Below, one piece after another: positions 20,420 through 32,320 of a stretch of DNA of 38,941 bases. The position numbers and the translations under genes are program-made. A model generated the notes under the pieces. That model worked only from the letters and a program-made list of their open reading frames with translations, was not told the origin of the DNA and made no database searches. Position 1 is the first letter of the stretch; every line of letters starts with the position of its first letter. Source of the DNA: Chiloscyllium plagiosum (taxonomy: Eukaryota); assembly GCF_004010195.1 (NCBI RefSeq), contig NW_025215103.1, positions 24,819 to 63,759 on the forward strand. Direction: 5' to 3'.

Positions 20420-21070
20420 TTCGCCACCCTGGTTCAGACGAGCATGACAAGCATGTCAGAAACCGCATCACGACTCAGACATCGTCCCCTCCTATTAGGA
20501 CGGATACCACCGATTGTAAATAACCTCAGAGAGAGAGAGTCAAGTGACAGACAGTCGTCGTGGACTCGATGGGCTGAACGGCTTCTGTCTGCGCGAGAAT
20601 GATGCTACGTGTTTGTGCCGTCCCACTGCCTGTCTCTGGGACAGAGAGGCTGAGGGGGCAAAACTGGTTCATTTTTAACCGTCCCTTCCGTGTTGGACTG
20701 CCTGCAGTCCCTCAGCTCAGGGCCGTGGGGATGACTCTCAGTGAGTGAAGGTTTCACTCGGATTCTCTTCATCTGGGACACTTGGGGCTCAGATGTTAAC
20801 TGCTGCGCGGTCGCAGCAAAGAAAGCGATGCCCACTTTGCAATAGACTTTCCGTAAGATTGCTGGGTGAAGACGATTTCTGAACACCAAGAAGGCTGCAC
20901 AACAATGTGAATTTACCTGGGCGAAGAGTTCTCGGTGTCCATTTCTTTCTGTCCTGCCAGCACAGCATCTTTCTATCTCTCCGATAACAGACCCTTGGAG
21001 AAAGTTCACAATCAAAGTTGTTCATGTTCCCCGCATTAATGTAACTGACACCTCTCACCCCAAGGGTTTC

Positions 21071-21094
21071 AGAGAGAGAGAGAGAGAGAGAGAG
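21071..21094. repeat. (AG)12 microsatellite
   Basis: Directly visible. Confidence 0.95.
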
Positions 21095-21394
21095 CAGAAG
21101 AGCGAATGGACTCTACCCGCACCCCACCCTACACCCCGTCCCACCCCCCAGAACAACGTCCAAGTAGAAATAAATTTTTTTAATTATCCACCAGTGGAGG
21201 TAGTCTAGTTCCTGGGGATGAGACAAATATCAGCGCCCCTGGGACAGAATGACAAGCAGATGTTCTGGAAACGCTTTGCTGCTTGCAATTCTTGGTGCAA
21301 TGTGGAATGTACTTCACACTGAGCAAGTTTCAGCTGGTTCAGAGTCTCCGATGTACATTGCTGTGTTTGCCGCCAGCTCAGAGAGAGAACAATA

Positions 21395-21999
21395 GGAAGG
21401 ACGTGGGAGTGAATGACGATCCGCGTGAGAGGGCGAATAACTGTTAATGGAGACTGTTAGCGGCTAACAATACGTAGTGTGTCATAGCAGACGAGGTGAT
21501 AACAAGGAGTCGTTTGTGTGGTAGGGGTCAAGGACATGGGGGAGTTCAGGCCCTAAAGTTATGGAACTCGATATTGAAGACCGGAGGGCTGTAAGGTCTC
21601 CAAGTGGAAAATGAGGTGTTGTTCTTTCATCTGGAGCTAGAACACTGCTGCAAGCCTGAGACAGAGATGTTGGCCAGGGAACAGGGTGATGTGTTAAAGT
21701 GGCAGGCAACCGCAAGGTCAGGGCCTTTATTTCTGCGGGCAGAATCGGGATGTTCTGCGAAGCAGTCACCCAGTTTATGCTTCATGTTCCATTGGGGAAA
21801 CGACACTGTGAGCAGCGAATGCAGTGGACTAGGTTGTGGCAAAAGTGTTGCTTCACCTGGCAGGTATGTTTGAGCCCTTGGATATTCAGGAGGGAGCAGG
21901 TAAATGAGCAGGTGTTACACATTCGGCGGTTGCAGGGGAAAGTGCTTGGCACTATGGGAGGTGGGTGTGGGGTGTTGCGAGTGAAGGAAGAGTGGAACT
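21395..21999 (-). mobile_element. Penelope-like GIY-YIG fragment forming the palindrome spacer
   Basis: ORF 21782-22036 (-): PSTFPCNRRMCNTCSFTCSLLNIQGLKHTCQVKQHFCHNLVHCIRCSQC. Confidence 0.85.
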
Positions 22000-23267
22000 T
22001 ATTGTTCTCTCTCTGAGCTGGCGGCAAACACAGCAATGTACATCGGAGACTCTGAACCAGCTGACTGAACCAGCTGAAACTTGCTCAGTGTGAAGTACAT
22101 TCCACATTGCTGCAAGAATTGCAATCAGTAAAGCGTTTCCAGAACATCTGCTTGTCATTCTGCCCCCGGGGCAGAATGCCCACTTTGTCTGATCCCCAGG
22201 AACTGGACTATCTCCACTGGTGGATAATGAAACCATTTTTATTTCTACTTGCACGTTGTTCTGGGGGATGGGACGGGGTGTACGGTGGGCGGCGGGTAGA
22301 GTCCATTCGCTCTTCGGCTCTCTCACTCTCTCTCTCTCTCTGAAACCCTTGGGGTGAGAGGTGTCAGTTACATTAATGCGGGGAACATGAACAACTTTGA
22401 TTGTGAACTTTCTCCAAGGGTCTGTTATCGGAGAGATAGAAAGATGCTGTACTGGCAGGACAGAAAGAAATGCACACCGAGAACTCTTCGCCCAGGTAAA
22501 TTCACATTGCTGTGCAGCCTTCTTGGTGTTCAGAAATCGTCTTCACGCAGCGATCTTACGGAAAGTCTATTGCAAAGTGGGCATCGCTTTCTTTGCTGCG
22601 ACTGCGCAGCAGTTAACATCTGAGCCCCAAAGTGTCCCAGATGAAGAGAATCCGAGTGAAACCTTCACTCACTGAGAGTCATCCCCACGGCTCTGAGCTG
22701 AGGGACTGCAGGCTGTCCAACACAGAAGGGACGGTTAAAAATGAACCAGTTTTGCTCCCTCAGCCTCTCTGTCCCAGAGACAGGCAGTGGGACGCCATAA
22801 ACACGTAGCATCATTCTCGCGCAGACAGAAGCCGTTCAGCCCATCGAGTCCACGGCGACTGTCTGTCACTTGTCTCTCTCTCTGAGGTTATTCACAATCG
22901 GTGGTATACGTAATAATAGGAGGGGACAATGTCTGAGTCGTGATGCGGTTTCTGACGTGCTTGTCATTCTCGTCTGAACCAGGGTGGCGAATTACTGCAA
23001 GGAATGGACGAAACCGCAAGGCATGTGTTTCAACTTTACCAGCTGATTGGCATCGCAGAGAACTGGGTTTGCGATTCAGTTCAGAGGAAACAGACGAAGT
23101 ACAGACTACCACTGAGACCTCTAAAATCTTGCCACATGAGTTGAGTGGATTTGGCGAGTGCATCGATATGCGACATTTGGACACTTGGTAAGTAGACGCA
23201 AAGGCAGGCAGCTTGCAGAAGAGAGCACCGATCTTAAGGAAAGCAGCTCGAGGTGACATTGAACAAC

Positions 23268-23331
23268 AGGCAGACGACGGTTTCGATCCATCGGTTATGG
23301 GTCCAGCACGCTCCCACTGCGCCACTCTGCT
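23268..23331 (-). pseudogene. Initiator tRNA-Met(CAT) pseudogene with an 8-nt deletion
   Basis: AGCAGAGTGGCGCAGTGGGAGCGTGCTGGACC-CAT-AAC--------CGATGGATCGAAACCGTCGTCTGCCT. The 3' side of the anticodon stem and the variable loop are deleted. Confidence 0.85.
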
Positions 23332-24738
23332 GCCACGCCCGGTGGCCCTTCCACAGAACACTTCAGGTTTTCGTCTGGCACGTGGCAGGCACGTTCGAGC
23401 CTGATTTCAAAGACCTCCACTGCTGTCGTGTAATATGCTGTTTCGCAGACGTATGGAGGCTGTGTAAATATAAACTTATTTCTAAATTCCCACATTCTGT
23501 TGGTCGAACTGTGATTTCACACTGAATCACAACATGTGTCACAGCGCAGATGGAGGCCATGTGGCCCACCTTCGCTCTGCTGGTTCTACACTTAAGTAAA
23601 CGTGTGTCTCTATTCGTTACATTCTCTCGCCTTCTCAGCGTAAATCCGCACATCTGAACGTGACCACCGAATTCCCTTTTGTGTCCATTGAATCTTCCTC
23701 TTTGTCAGTGTCAGACAGGGACTTACTGACCCTAACCACTCCCTGCACGAAAACGTTCTTCCTAATGTCACTTTTAGTTCTTTTCATTGTGACTTTAAAA
23801 TTCTGCCGAATTTTTGAGGTAGAGGTAAACAGCCAAAGATAATCACCGTCACTGCTTCCCTTCCATCGACTCAACTTTGTGAAACAATATCTTTCACTGG
23901 CAAATAAAACACTTTTGTCCTCAGGTGCCTGCTTCATTTTGACCACGACTTCACGCCCCTCACTGTTCTAGTCTCATTTCCAAACACTTGGCTCATATCC
24001 TCAAAAGCAGCTCTGCGGTTATCTGCTTGTTCCACCCTGACAGGCAGTGGGTTGCAGATTCCCGACCAGTCCCAATGTGATTGAAATATTTAAACCCCTC
24101 CACTGATTTGCATCTTTAAAAATCCGTGAAACAATCTCCCTTTCTTTCTGACGACAGTTCTCAACTGTAGTCGGCAGGGTTCACACCTGCGTGGGGAAAC
24201 CGCAATGGATTTCATGTCCATCGCATTCACCACTCTGCCCACCAATACAGAACCACACTGACAGCTTCATTTCGCAGGTCTCTCTGCCCGTGGAGCTGAG
24301 AAAGAGTAAATCATTGCAGAGTTTGTTTGAATCCAATCACTTCACAGTTTTCGAAAGGGTTAAATATCTGCAAATGGCGATTCTGGGTGCTTCATCCCGA
24401 AAGATGAAATGGACGTTCAGTTAAAAGCAAAACCAGAAATTGCAGGAGCAACTCAGCAGGTCAGGCAGCATCTGTAGAAAGAGAATCAGAGACATTCCAG
24501 AACTTTTTTTACCTCATCCAGGAACATCCAAAACTACTGAGTTGCTCCAGCAGTTTCGCTTTCTGTCTCGGACTGTCAGCATCCGCATTCCTTTACGTTA
24601 GAAATTCAATCAATTCAGAAACCCCTTTGTGCTTCCTCAGTGGAAAAGATTTCCGTTTGGGAAACATTTTCCTGACACCATTAAAAACGCGCATCTTTGC
24701 AGCCAAGAAAGCAGTAGGAGCATGAACAGCAAACGCCC

Positions 24739-24812
24739 CGTCTCCGGGTGGTCTCGAACCACCAACCTTCCGGTTAACAGCCGAACGCGCTGACCAATTG
24801 CGCCACAGAGAC
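24739..24812 (-). tRNA. tRNA-Asn(GTT), apparently intact
   Basis: GTCTCTGTGGCGCAATTGGTCAGCGCGTTCGGCT-GTT-AACCGGAAGGTTGGTGGTTCGAGACCACCCGGAGACG (74 nt). All four stems pair (two G-U), A and B boxes are present, and TTTTT lies on the minus strand at 24683-24687. Confidence 0.93.
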
Positions 24813-25268
24813 AGGCCCGCCCAGCACCCGCACAGTCTCGTTGAGGAAGCTACTATTCAATTAACAATTTAACCTTCCCGCCCAGAATTACCATTGTCTT
24901 CTATCAGTTCAAACACGGCGAATACTGCAGAAAGCCAACGGGTCGAGCTGCATCCGTGGAAAGGTAAACAGAGCCGACGTTTTGAGTGTGCTACCGTTTT
25001 TGTTCAGAACTCAGTGTTTTGCCTCTTCCCGAAGTTGGTCCAGGTCTGTATCTCAATTGGCAAACACATGGCAAGTGCAGTGCCGCAATGTGTTGTTATA
25101 GCCTTGGCTGTTTAAAAAAAAGCAGTGCATTGTTTAAATGGTGATATATTGGAATGTGGAGAAAGTGAGGACTAGAGGTGAAAGTCGAAAAATGTGGCAC
25201 TGGAAAAGCAGAACAGGTCAGGCAGCATCTGAGGAGCAGGACAGTGAACGTTTCGGACACAAGCCCTT

Positions 25269-26150
25269 NNNNNNNNNNNNNNNNNNNNNNNNNNNNNNNN
25301 NNNNNNNNNNNNNNNNNNNNNNNNNNNNNNNNNNNNNNNNNNNNNNNNNNNNNNNNNNNNNNNNNNNNNNNNNNNNNNNNNNNNNNNNNNNNNNNNNNNN
25401 NNNNNNNNNNNNNNNNNNNNNNNNNNNNNNNNNNNNNNNNNNNNNNNNNNNNNNNNNNNNNNNNNNNNNNNNNNNNNNNNNNNNNNNNNNNNNNNNNNNN
25501 NNNNNNNNNNNNNNNNNNNNNNNNNNNNNNNNNNNNNNNNNNNNNNNNNNNNNNNNNNNNNNNNNNNNNNNNNNNNNNNNNNNNNNNNNNNNNNNNNNNN
25601 NNNNNNNNNNNNNNNNNNNNNNNNNNNNNNNNNNNNNNNNNNNNNNNNNNNNNNNNNNNNNNNNNNNNNNNNNNNNNNNNNNNNNNNNNNNNNNNNNNNN
25701 NNNNNNNNNNNNNNNNNNNNNNNNNNNNNNNNNNNNNNNNNNNNNNNNNNNNNNNNNNNNNNNNNNNNNNNNNNNNNNNNNNNNNNNNNNNNNNNNNNNN
25801 NNNNNNNNNNNNNNNNNNNNNNNNNNNNNNNNNNNNNNNNNNNNNNNNNNNNNNNNNNNNNNNNNNNNNNNNNNNNNNNNNNNNNNNNNNNNNNNNNNNN
25901 NNNNNNNNNNNNNNNNNNNNNNNNNNNNNNNNNNNNNNNNNNNNNNNNNNNNNNNNNNNNNNNNNNNNNNNNNNNNNNNNNNNNNNNNNNNNNNNNNNNN
26001 NNNNNNNNNNNNNNNNNNNNNNNNNNNNNNNNNNNNNNNNNNNNNNNNNNNNNNNNNNNNNNNNNNNNNNNNNNNNNNNNNNNNNNNNNNNNNNNNNNNN
26101 NNNNNNNNNNNNNNNNNNNNNNNNNNNNNNNNNNNNNNNNNNNNNNNNNN
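25269..26150. other. Assembly gap (N run)
   Basis: Run of N. Confidence 1.
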
Positions 26151-26476
26151 TCTTTTCCCAGGGGTGGGGGAGTCCAGAACGAGAGGGCATGGGTTTAGCG
26201 TTAGAGGGGAAAGATACAAAAGAGATCTAAGGGGCAACGTTTTCACGCAGAGGATTGTACGTTTATTGACTGAACTGCCAGAGGAAGTGGTGAAGTCTAG
26301 TACGATTGCAACATTTAAAAGGCATTTGGTTAGGTGTATGAATAGGAAGGGTTTGGAGGGATATGGGGTCGTGCGCTGTCAGGTGGGACTAGATTGTTTT
26401 GGGATAGTTGGTCGGCATGGACAAGTTGGACTAAACAGTCTGTTTCTGTGCTGTACATCTCTATGACTGTATGACT
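26151..26476 (+). mobile_element. CR1/HER1-type LINE 3' end
   Basis: LFPGVGESRTRGH...RGERYKRDLRGNVFTQRIVR...; tail ctctatgactgtatgact. Confidence 0.88.
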
Positions 26477-26661
26477 TCTTCTGGACATTCATTCTGCACT
26501 CAGACCACTCTCTTAAAAAACGATCCTTGTCCTGTCTTTATAAAATCTTTCCCTACTCACCTCAAAATATTTGCTCCCTGATCCTGAAACCCCCAGCTGA
26601 GGGAAAGGACACCTGCTGTTCACCTCATCCGTATCCCTCATGATTTTATAATCCTCTATAT

Positions 26662-27700
26662 GCCGTGTGTAGTGGCTCATTGAAATAATGTCCTGATGCA
26701 GCTTCCTTTGTGGGTGTTGTGATGATTGCTTCTGTGGTTAAGCACTTGGTTTGCGTGTGTTGTTTTTCTGTAGACGCTAGTTTGAAGTTCGCCATTGACT
26801 GTTCGCTCTACTGTGACATCTAAGAATGGCACTTTGTTGTTGTTCTCCTCCTCTTCAAACCAGGAGCCCCCCTCAGGCCATCGTCTCACTACTTGGAACA
26901 CCAATATACAGACTAGTCAAAGGCCTCCACTGAAGACTAAAACACCAAGTCGAAGATTCACGCCACTCCATTTACTCCATCCAAGAATTCCTGAACACCA
27001 AAGACACTAAGATAGAAGAGGATGGAATAATGATGTCCTTTGACATAACAGCTCTGTTCACATTCATTAACATCAACGTGGTCAAAGAAAACTGGAGACA
27101 CTACTCGAAGAACCAAAGACACAAACACAGCACCAACTTCATCAGCAAATATAGCACTATCCAGCTCGTGGAACTGTGCCTTAACCACCCACTTCATATT
27201 CAGTAACAAGCCCTACAAATAAATCAACGAAACACCCATGAAACCACCAGTATCAGGATTCCCAGCAGAAGCAATAATGCAGAGGCTCAAACCAACAGCC
27301 CTTCCAACGATCCAACACAAACTTTGTGTCCGCCACAGTGATGACACTTTTGTCATCAAAATATGAAGCAAATTAGAGGAAACCTACAACACCATCAACA
27401 ATATTCTTACTGGCATAAAATTCACAAACGAGGAGAACAACAACAAAGTGCCATTTCTAGATGTCACAGTAGGGCGAACAGTCAATGGTAAGTTCAAAAC
27501 AGCGTCTACAGGAAAACAACACACACGAACCAAGTACTTAGCTACAGAAGCAATGATCCCGACACATACAAACAAGCTTGCATCAGGACACGATTTCAAC
27601 GAGGCACGACACACTGCAGTAGCCAGTAACGATGAAGACCAATAAGTAACTGTACTGTGCATTTAAGGAGAATGGGTAGGCAGAAAAACCACTGAGAGAT
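26662..27700 (+). mobile_element. Penelope-like RT fragment (+, ~26860-27700) with an inverted piece (-, ~26662-26856)
   Basis: Degenerate RT motifs MSFDITALFT.I, Y.QIN.TPM, R.SDDTFVI, EENNNKVPFLDVTV. ORF 26677-26904(-) repeats EEENNNKVPFLDVTVERTVNGELQTSVYRK on the opposite strand. Confidence 0.85.
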
Positions 27701-27702
27701 AT

Positions 27703-27774
27703 TTGCCTGACGGAGAACCGAACCCGGGCCCCAGCCGCGAAAGCGGCAAATCCTAACCACAAGACCACCAGGGA
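27703..27774 (-). pseudogene. tRNA-Glu(TTC) pseudogene
   Basis: TCCCTGGTGGTCTTGTGGTTAGGATTTGCCGCT-TTC-GCGGCTGGGGCCCGGGTTCGGTTCTCCGTCAGGCAA (72 nt). It aligns to vertebrate tRNA-Glu, but the anticodon and T stems are disrupted. Confidence 0.82.
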
Positions 27775-27811
27775 GACAGCAATGCCGGTTCACAGGCCTA
27801 TTGTAAATTAC

Positions 27812-27851
27812 TTACCCGCCCGGAAATCGAACCCGGGCCACGATCGTGAGA
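27812..27851 (-). pseudogene. 3' half of a second tRNA-Glu (CTC-like) remnant
   Basis: Reverse complement TCTCACGATCGTGGCCCGGGTTCGATTTCCGGGCGGGTAA. The 5' half is replaced by a Penelope fragment. Confidence 0.55.
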
Positions 27852-27854
27852 AGG

Positions 27855-28583
27855 CTTCCACCCATATCATTGCTTGTATCCATTGCTCCCGATGCGGTCT
27901 CGTCTACATTGGGGAGACTGGAGACTCCTCACAGAGTCAAATCACAGCGCTTGAGGGAACATCTCCAGGACACCCGCACCAATCAACCCCATCACCCTCT
28001 GGCCCAACATTTCAACTCCCCCTCCCACTCTGCCGAGGACATGCAGGTCCTGGGCCTCCTCCATCGCCGCTCACTCCCCACCCGATGCCTGAAGGAAGAA
28101 TGCCCCATCTTTCGCCTCGGATAAATTCAACCCCAGGACATCAATGTGGACTTCACCAGTTTCTTCATTTCCCCTCCCCCACCTTACCTCAGTTCGAACC
28201 TTCCAGCTCAGCGCTGTCCTCATGACATGTCCTACCTGCCAATCTCCCTTCTCAACTGTTCGCTCCACCTCCTCTCTGACCTGTCACCTCCATCCCCACC
28301 CCCATTCATCTATTGTACTCTTTGCTACCTTCGGCCCAGCACCCCCCAATTTATCTCGCCATCCCTGGAAGCGTCCTGCCTCTATTCCTGATGAATTCGG
28401 CCCAGCACACCCCCACCCCCAATTTATCTCGCCACCCATGGAAGCGTCCTGCCTCTATTCCTGCTGAAGGGCTTTTGTCCGAAACGTCATTTTCCTGATC
28501 CTCGGAAGCTGACTGACCTGCTGTGCTTTTCCAGCACCACTCTGATCTAACTCTGGTTTCCAGCATCTGCAGTCCTCACTTTT
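27855..28583 (+). mobile_element. Penelope-like GIY-YIG C-terminal region and terminus
   Basis: THIIACIHCSRCGLVYIGETG...RLREHLQDTRTNQPHHPLAQHFNSPSHSAEDMQVLGL...IFRLG. Confidence 0.9.
28330..28468. repeat. ~70 bp tandem duplication within the Penelope terminus
   Basis: ttcggcccagcac...ccccaatttatctcgcca...tggaagcgtcctgcctctattcctg(a/c)tgaa x2. Confidence 0.9.
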
Positions 28584-30322
28584 GCCGACCCAATAAACCC
28601 AGTGTGACGATTTCACATCAACAAACTGACACTAGCAGACACAACGTCTGCAGAACCCTAGCCACATTACTTTACATTAATGACATCTGTGAAATGATTT
28701 CCAGAGAACTCAACCCTCTCAGCATTAAACAACGGCTAGTGAACCTTAAATACCCTATACAAACAACCCGCAAACGAATGTTATTTACAAAATACCATAC
28801 AAGGAAATATATACATGAACTCTGCCGCACAGTTCTCTGTGGCAAGAAATGCTGGGATGAGATAAGGAAGATTTTTTCAGCCAAAACGAATCGGCACTGA
28901 CTGGACAGCCATTTAAATCAACGCTGTCAGGTCAGAATGGAAGACCCGAAGGGATGAACAGTTCTCTTATTTCCTGAAGATTTACAAAGCTGAGACTGGG
29001 TTTTGGCGTTTCTTCCCTTTCCACTCCCAGAAGCCGCAGTGGTTGGGGCGGTGAGTTGGGGAAAGTGAAATGTGCCCGTGAGCAGCGTGAGGGGCTCTTT
29101 CAGCTTCCCCTCCTCTGACAGCGCTGTGACGTGACTCTGATGTTCTCAGGGACACTTACTGACGCGAGACAGTGAAAAGATTCTCATTCCCGCAGATCTG
29201 GAATTCAAACCGTATGCCGGCTTCAGGACAATGAGAAAGATTAATTGGGGTGTGTGAAGAAGCTGTGAGCTGCATTTCAAACAGGTAGGTGGAGTCAGAT
29301 GCGTCATTCATTGCGCCCCTGGCACTGTGCGTACCTGACGCCGCCATGATGCAGAGTTCTGACGTTAATACGGACATGCGCAGCAATGGGAACATTCACA
29401 AGGTGAACAGCCAAAGATAATCATCGTCACTGCTTCCCTTCCATAGTCCCAACTTTGTGAAGCAGTATCTTTCACTGGCAAACAAAACACCTTTGTCCTC
29501 AGGTGCCTGCTTCATTTCGATCACGATTTCAAGCCCCTCACTGTTCTCGTCTCATTTCCAAACACTTGGCTCATCGCCTCAAAAGCAGCTCTGTGGGTTT
29601 CTGCTTGTTCCACCCTGACAGACAGTGGGTTGCAGATTCCCGACCAGTCCCAATGTGATTGAAATCTTTCAACCCCTCCACTGATTTGCATCTTTAAAAA
29701 AAACGCGGAGCAATCTCCCTTTCTTTTTGACGACAGTTCTCAACTGTAGTCGGCAGGGTTCACACCTGCGTGGGGAAACCGCAATGGATTTCATATCCAT
29801 CGCATTCACCACTCGGCCCACCAATACAGAACCACACTGACAGCTTCATTTCCCAGGTCTCTCTGCCTGTGGAGCTGAGAAAGAGTAAATCAATGCAGAG
29901 TTTGTTTGAATCCAATCACTTCACAGGTTTCGAAAGGGTTAAATATCTGCAAATGGCGAGTCTGGGTGTTTCATCCCGAAAGCTGAAATGGACGTTCAGT
30001 TAAAAACAAAACTAGAAATTGCAGGAGCAACTCAGCAGGTCAGGCAGCATCTGTAGAAAGAGAATCAGAGACAACATTTCAGAACACTTTTTTTTCCTCA
30101 TCCAGGTACAGCCAAACCTACTGAGTTGCTCCAGCACTTTCGCTTTCTGTCTCGGACTCTAAGCATCCGCAGTCCTTTTCGTTAGAAATTCAATCAATTC
30201 AGAAACCCCTTTGTGCTTCCTCAGTGGAAAAGATTTCCGTTTGGGAAACATTTTCCTGACACCATTAAAAACGCGCATCTTGTCAGCCAAGAAAGCGGTA
30301 GGAGCGAGAACAACAAACGTCC

Positions 30323-30396
30323 CGTCCCTGGGTGGTATCGAACCACCAACCTTTCGCTTAACAGCCGAAGGCGCTGACCAGTTGCCCCACAGAGAC
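30323..30396 (-). tRNA. tRNA-Asn(GTT), degenerate paralogue (likely pseudogene)
   Basis: GTCTCTGTGGGGCAACTGGTCAGCGCCTTCGGCT-GTT-AAGCGAAAGGTTGGTGGTTCGATACCACCCAGGGACG. G:G mismatches at 11:24 and 31:39. Confidence 0.88.
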
Positions 30397-31944
30397 AAGT
30401 CCGGGGATGCCTGGCACAGTCTCGTTGAGGAAGCTACTATTCAATTCATAATTCAACCTGCCCCGCCCAGAATTACCATTGTCTTCTATCAGTTTTACTT
30501 TTCCATAATAAAGCCTTGGACAATCATTGCAGAGACATGGGGTCAGTCTGATCCCACTATCTGCGGGCCCATCCATGTCACGAGGGACGAACTCTCCTGC
30601 ACCGGGGCCATCGCCCTCCAAGCCATTCAGTGTTTTGCCTCTTCCCGAATTTTCTTATTGGCTCCGAACCGAGAAGGGGTTTGAATTCCTGATGTGCAGA
30701 GTATTCTTTCAATGTCTCGGGTCAGTTCATGTCCCGAGAATATCAGAGTCAATCTCCGGTCTCTTAAACATGAGGACGGTGTCTGGACTGTCTCTGCTCA
30801 GTCGAACAGTTCATCCTTCATTCTCCTCTAATTCCACTTCCCAAAGAGTTTCTAAAGATTCACAACGCTGGAGACTGGGATTTCTGTTTTACTTCCTGAA
30901 CATTATTCCACCTGCTAACTGACAATATTTTGACAAAACCTCTTCCACATTGTAACATTTGCATCATGTCCAGGGATGAGCAATTTCCATTTTGTGGAGA
31001 CATTCCCAATTTTGCAGCAATTTTGGGAATGTTCTCTTTTGGAGCAAAGAAGGTTAACTGGAGATTTCCAGAGGCTTTTGTCAATGATGGGAGAGGACGT
31101 GGTGGGAATGGGCAGGTTAATGATAAGAAGAACCCATTGACACTGACTTGGGTCAGTTATCAAAGGACAGGGATTGAAGTTCTTTAATGGAAAGCAGCAC
31201 TTGTGTAGAACAGACACAGCGAATACTGCAGAAAGCCAACGGGTCGAGCAGCATCTGTGGAAAGGTAAACAGAGCCGACGTTTTGAGTGTGCTGCGGTTT
31301 TTGTTCAAAACTCAGTGTTTTGCCTCTTCCCGAAGTTGGTCCAGGTCTGTGTCTCAATTGGCAAACACATGGCAAGTGCAGTGCCGCAATGTGAAGTTAT
31401 AGACTTTGCTGTTTAATAAAAAGAAGCGCATTGTTTAAATGGTGAGATATTGGAAAGTGGAGAAAGTGAGGACAAGAGGTGAAAGTCGGAAAATGTGGCA
31501 CAGGAAAAGCACAACAGGTCAGGCAGCATCTGAGGAGCAGGACAGTGAACGTTTCGGGCACTAGCCCTTTATCAGGAATGATGTATGGATATACAAAGGG
31601 GTAGCAGAGTCCCTCCACACCAGTCAATGCCAGTTGTCGGGCAGATGCAGCAGGCAATGAGCAAGGCAAGTGTATATTACGAAGAGGAATTCAGTTCAGA
31701 AGTGGGGTCATTGAGTTTTGAACAACAAAGAAGTGGATGGTTATGGGGGGAGGTAAGAAAATGGTTTTAAGACGAGTACAGGTCAGTCACAGAGTCTGAC
31801 AGCACTGAACAGACCCTTCATCCAACTAGTCCATGCTGAGTATGTTCTCAAACTAAACTCGTCCCACCCACCAGTGTTTGGCCCATAAACCTTCGAACCT
31901 TTCATATTCATGTACTTATCCAAATGTCTTTAAAACGTTGTATC

Positions 31945-32320
31945 TGTACATGTATAAAATCATGCGGGGTATGGATGGGATACATAGACAAAGTCTTTTC
32001 CCTGGGGTGGGGAGTCCAGAACGAGAGGGCATGGGTTTAGCGTTAGAGGGGAAAGATATAAAAGAGATCTAAGGGTCAACTTTTTCACGCAGAGGATGGT
32101 ACGTTTATTGAATAAACTGCCAGAGGAAGTGATGAAGTTTAGAACGATTGCAACATTTAAAAGGCATTTGGTTAGGTATATGAATAGGAAGGGTTTGGAG
32201 GAATATGGGGCCGTGTGCTGTCAGGTGGGACTAGATTGGGTTGGGATAGTTGGTCGGCTTGGACAAGTTTGACCAAACAGTCTGTTTCTGTGCTGTACAT
32301 CTCTATGACTCCATGACTTC
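31945..32320 (+). mobile_element. CR1/HER1-type LINE 3' end
   Basis: YKIMRGMDGIHRQSLFPGVG...; paralogue of 26151-26476. Confidence 0.85.

Larger units (their letters stand above)
20419..22992. repeat. Large inverted repeat: arms 20419-21394 and 22000-22992, ~605 bp spacer
   Basis: The arms are near reverse complements. ORFs 20789-21058(-) and 22354-22623(+) give almost identical peptides, and the GA/TC microsatellite is mirrored. Confidence 0.93.
23823..26657 (+). repeat. Tandem segmental duplication, copy 1 (paralogue of 29401-32499)
   Basis: Colinear high similarity, e.g. ORFs 24191-24424 vs 29770-30003 and 24894-25115 vs 31174-31416; 26151-26657 matches 31994-32499. Confidence 0.92.

Noticed and set aside
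13400..22150. CRISPR-like or regularly spaced repeat array
   Set aside because: The recurring motifs are parts of long degenerate segmental duplications with irregular spacing. The context is eukaryotic and there are no cas genes.
20789..22675. Pair of near-identical small ORFs on opposite strands as a duplicated gene
   Set aside because: Explained by the palindrome arms. They have non-ATG starts and no recognisable domain, and the frame is not maintained in the paralogue near 14430-14700.
25096..26466. Long ORFs of 340-440 aa
   Set aside because: Artefacts of the N gap, flanked by repeat sequence.
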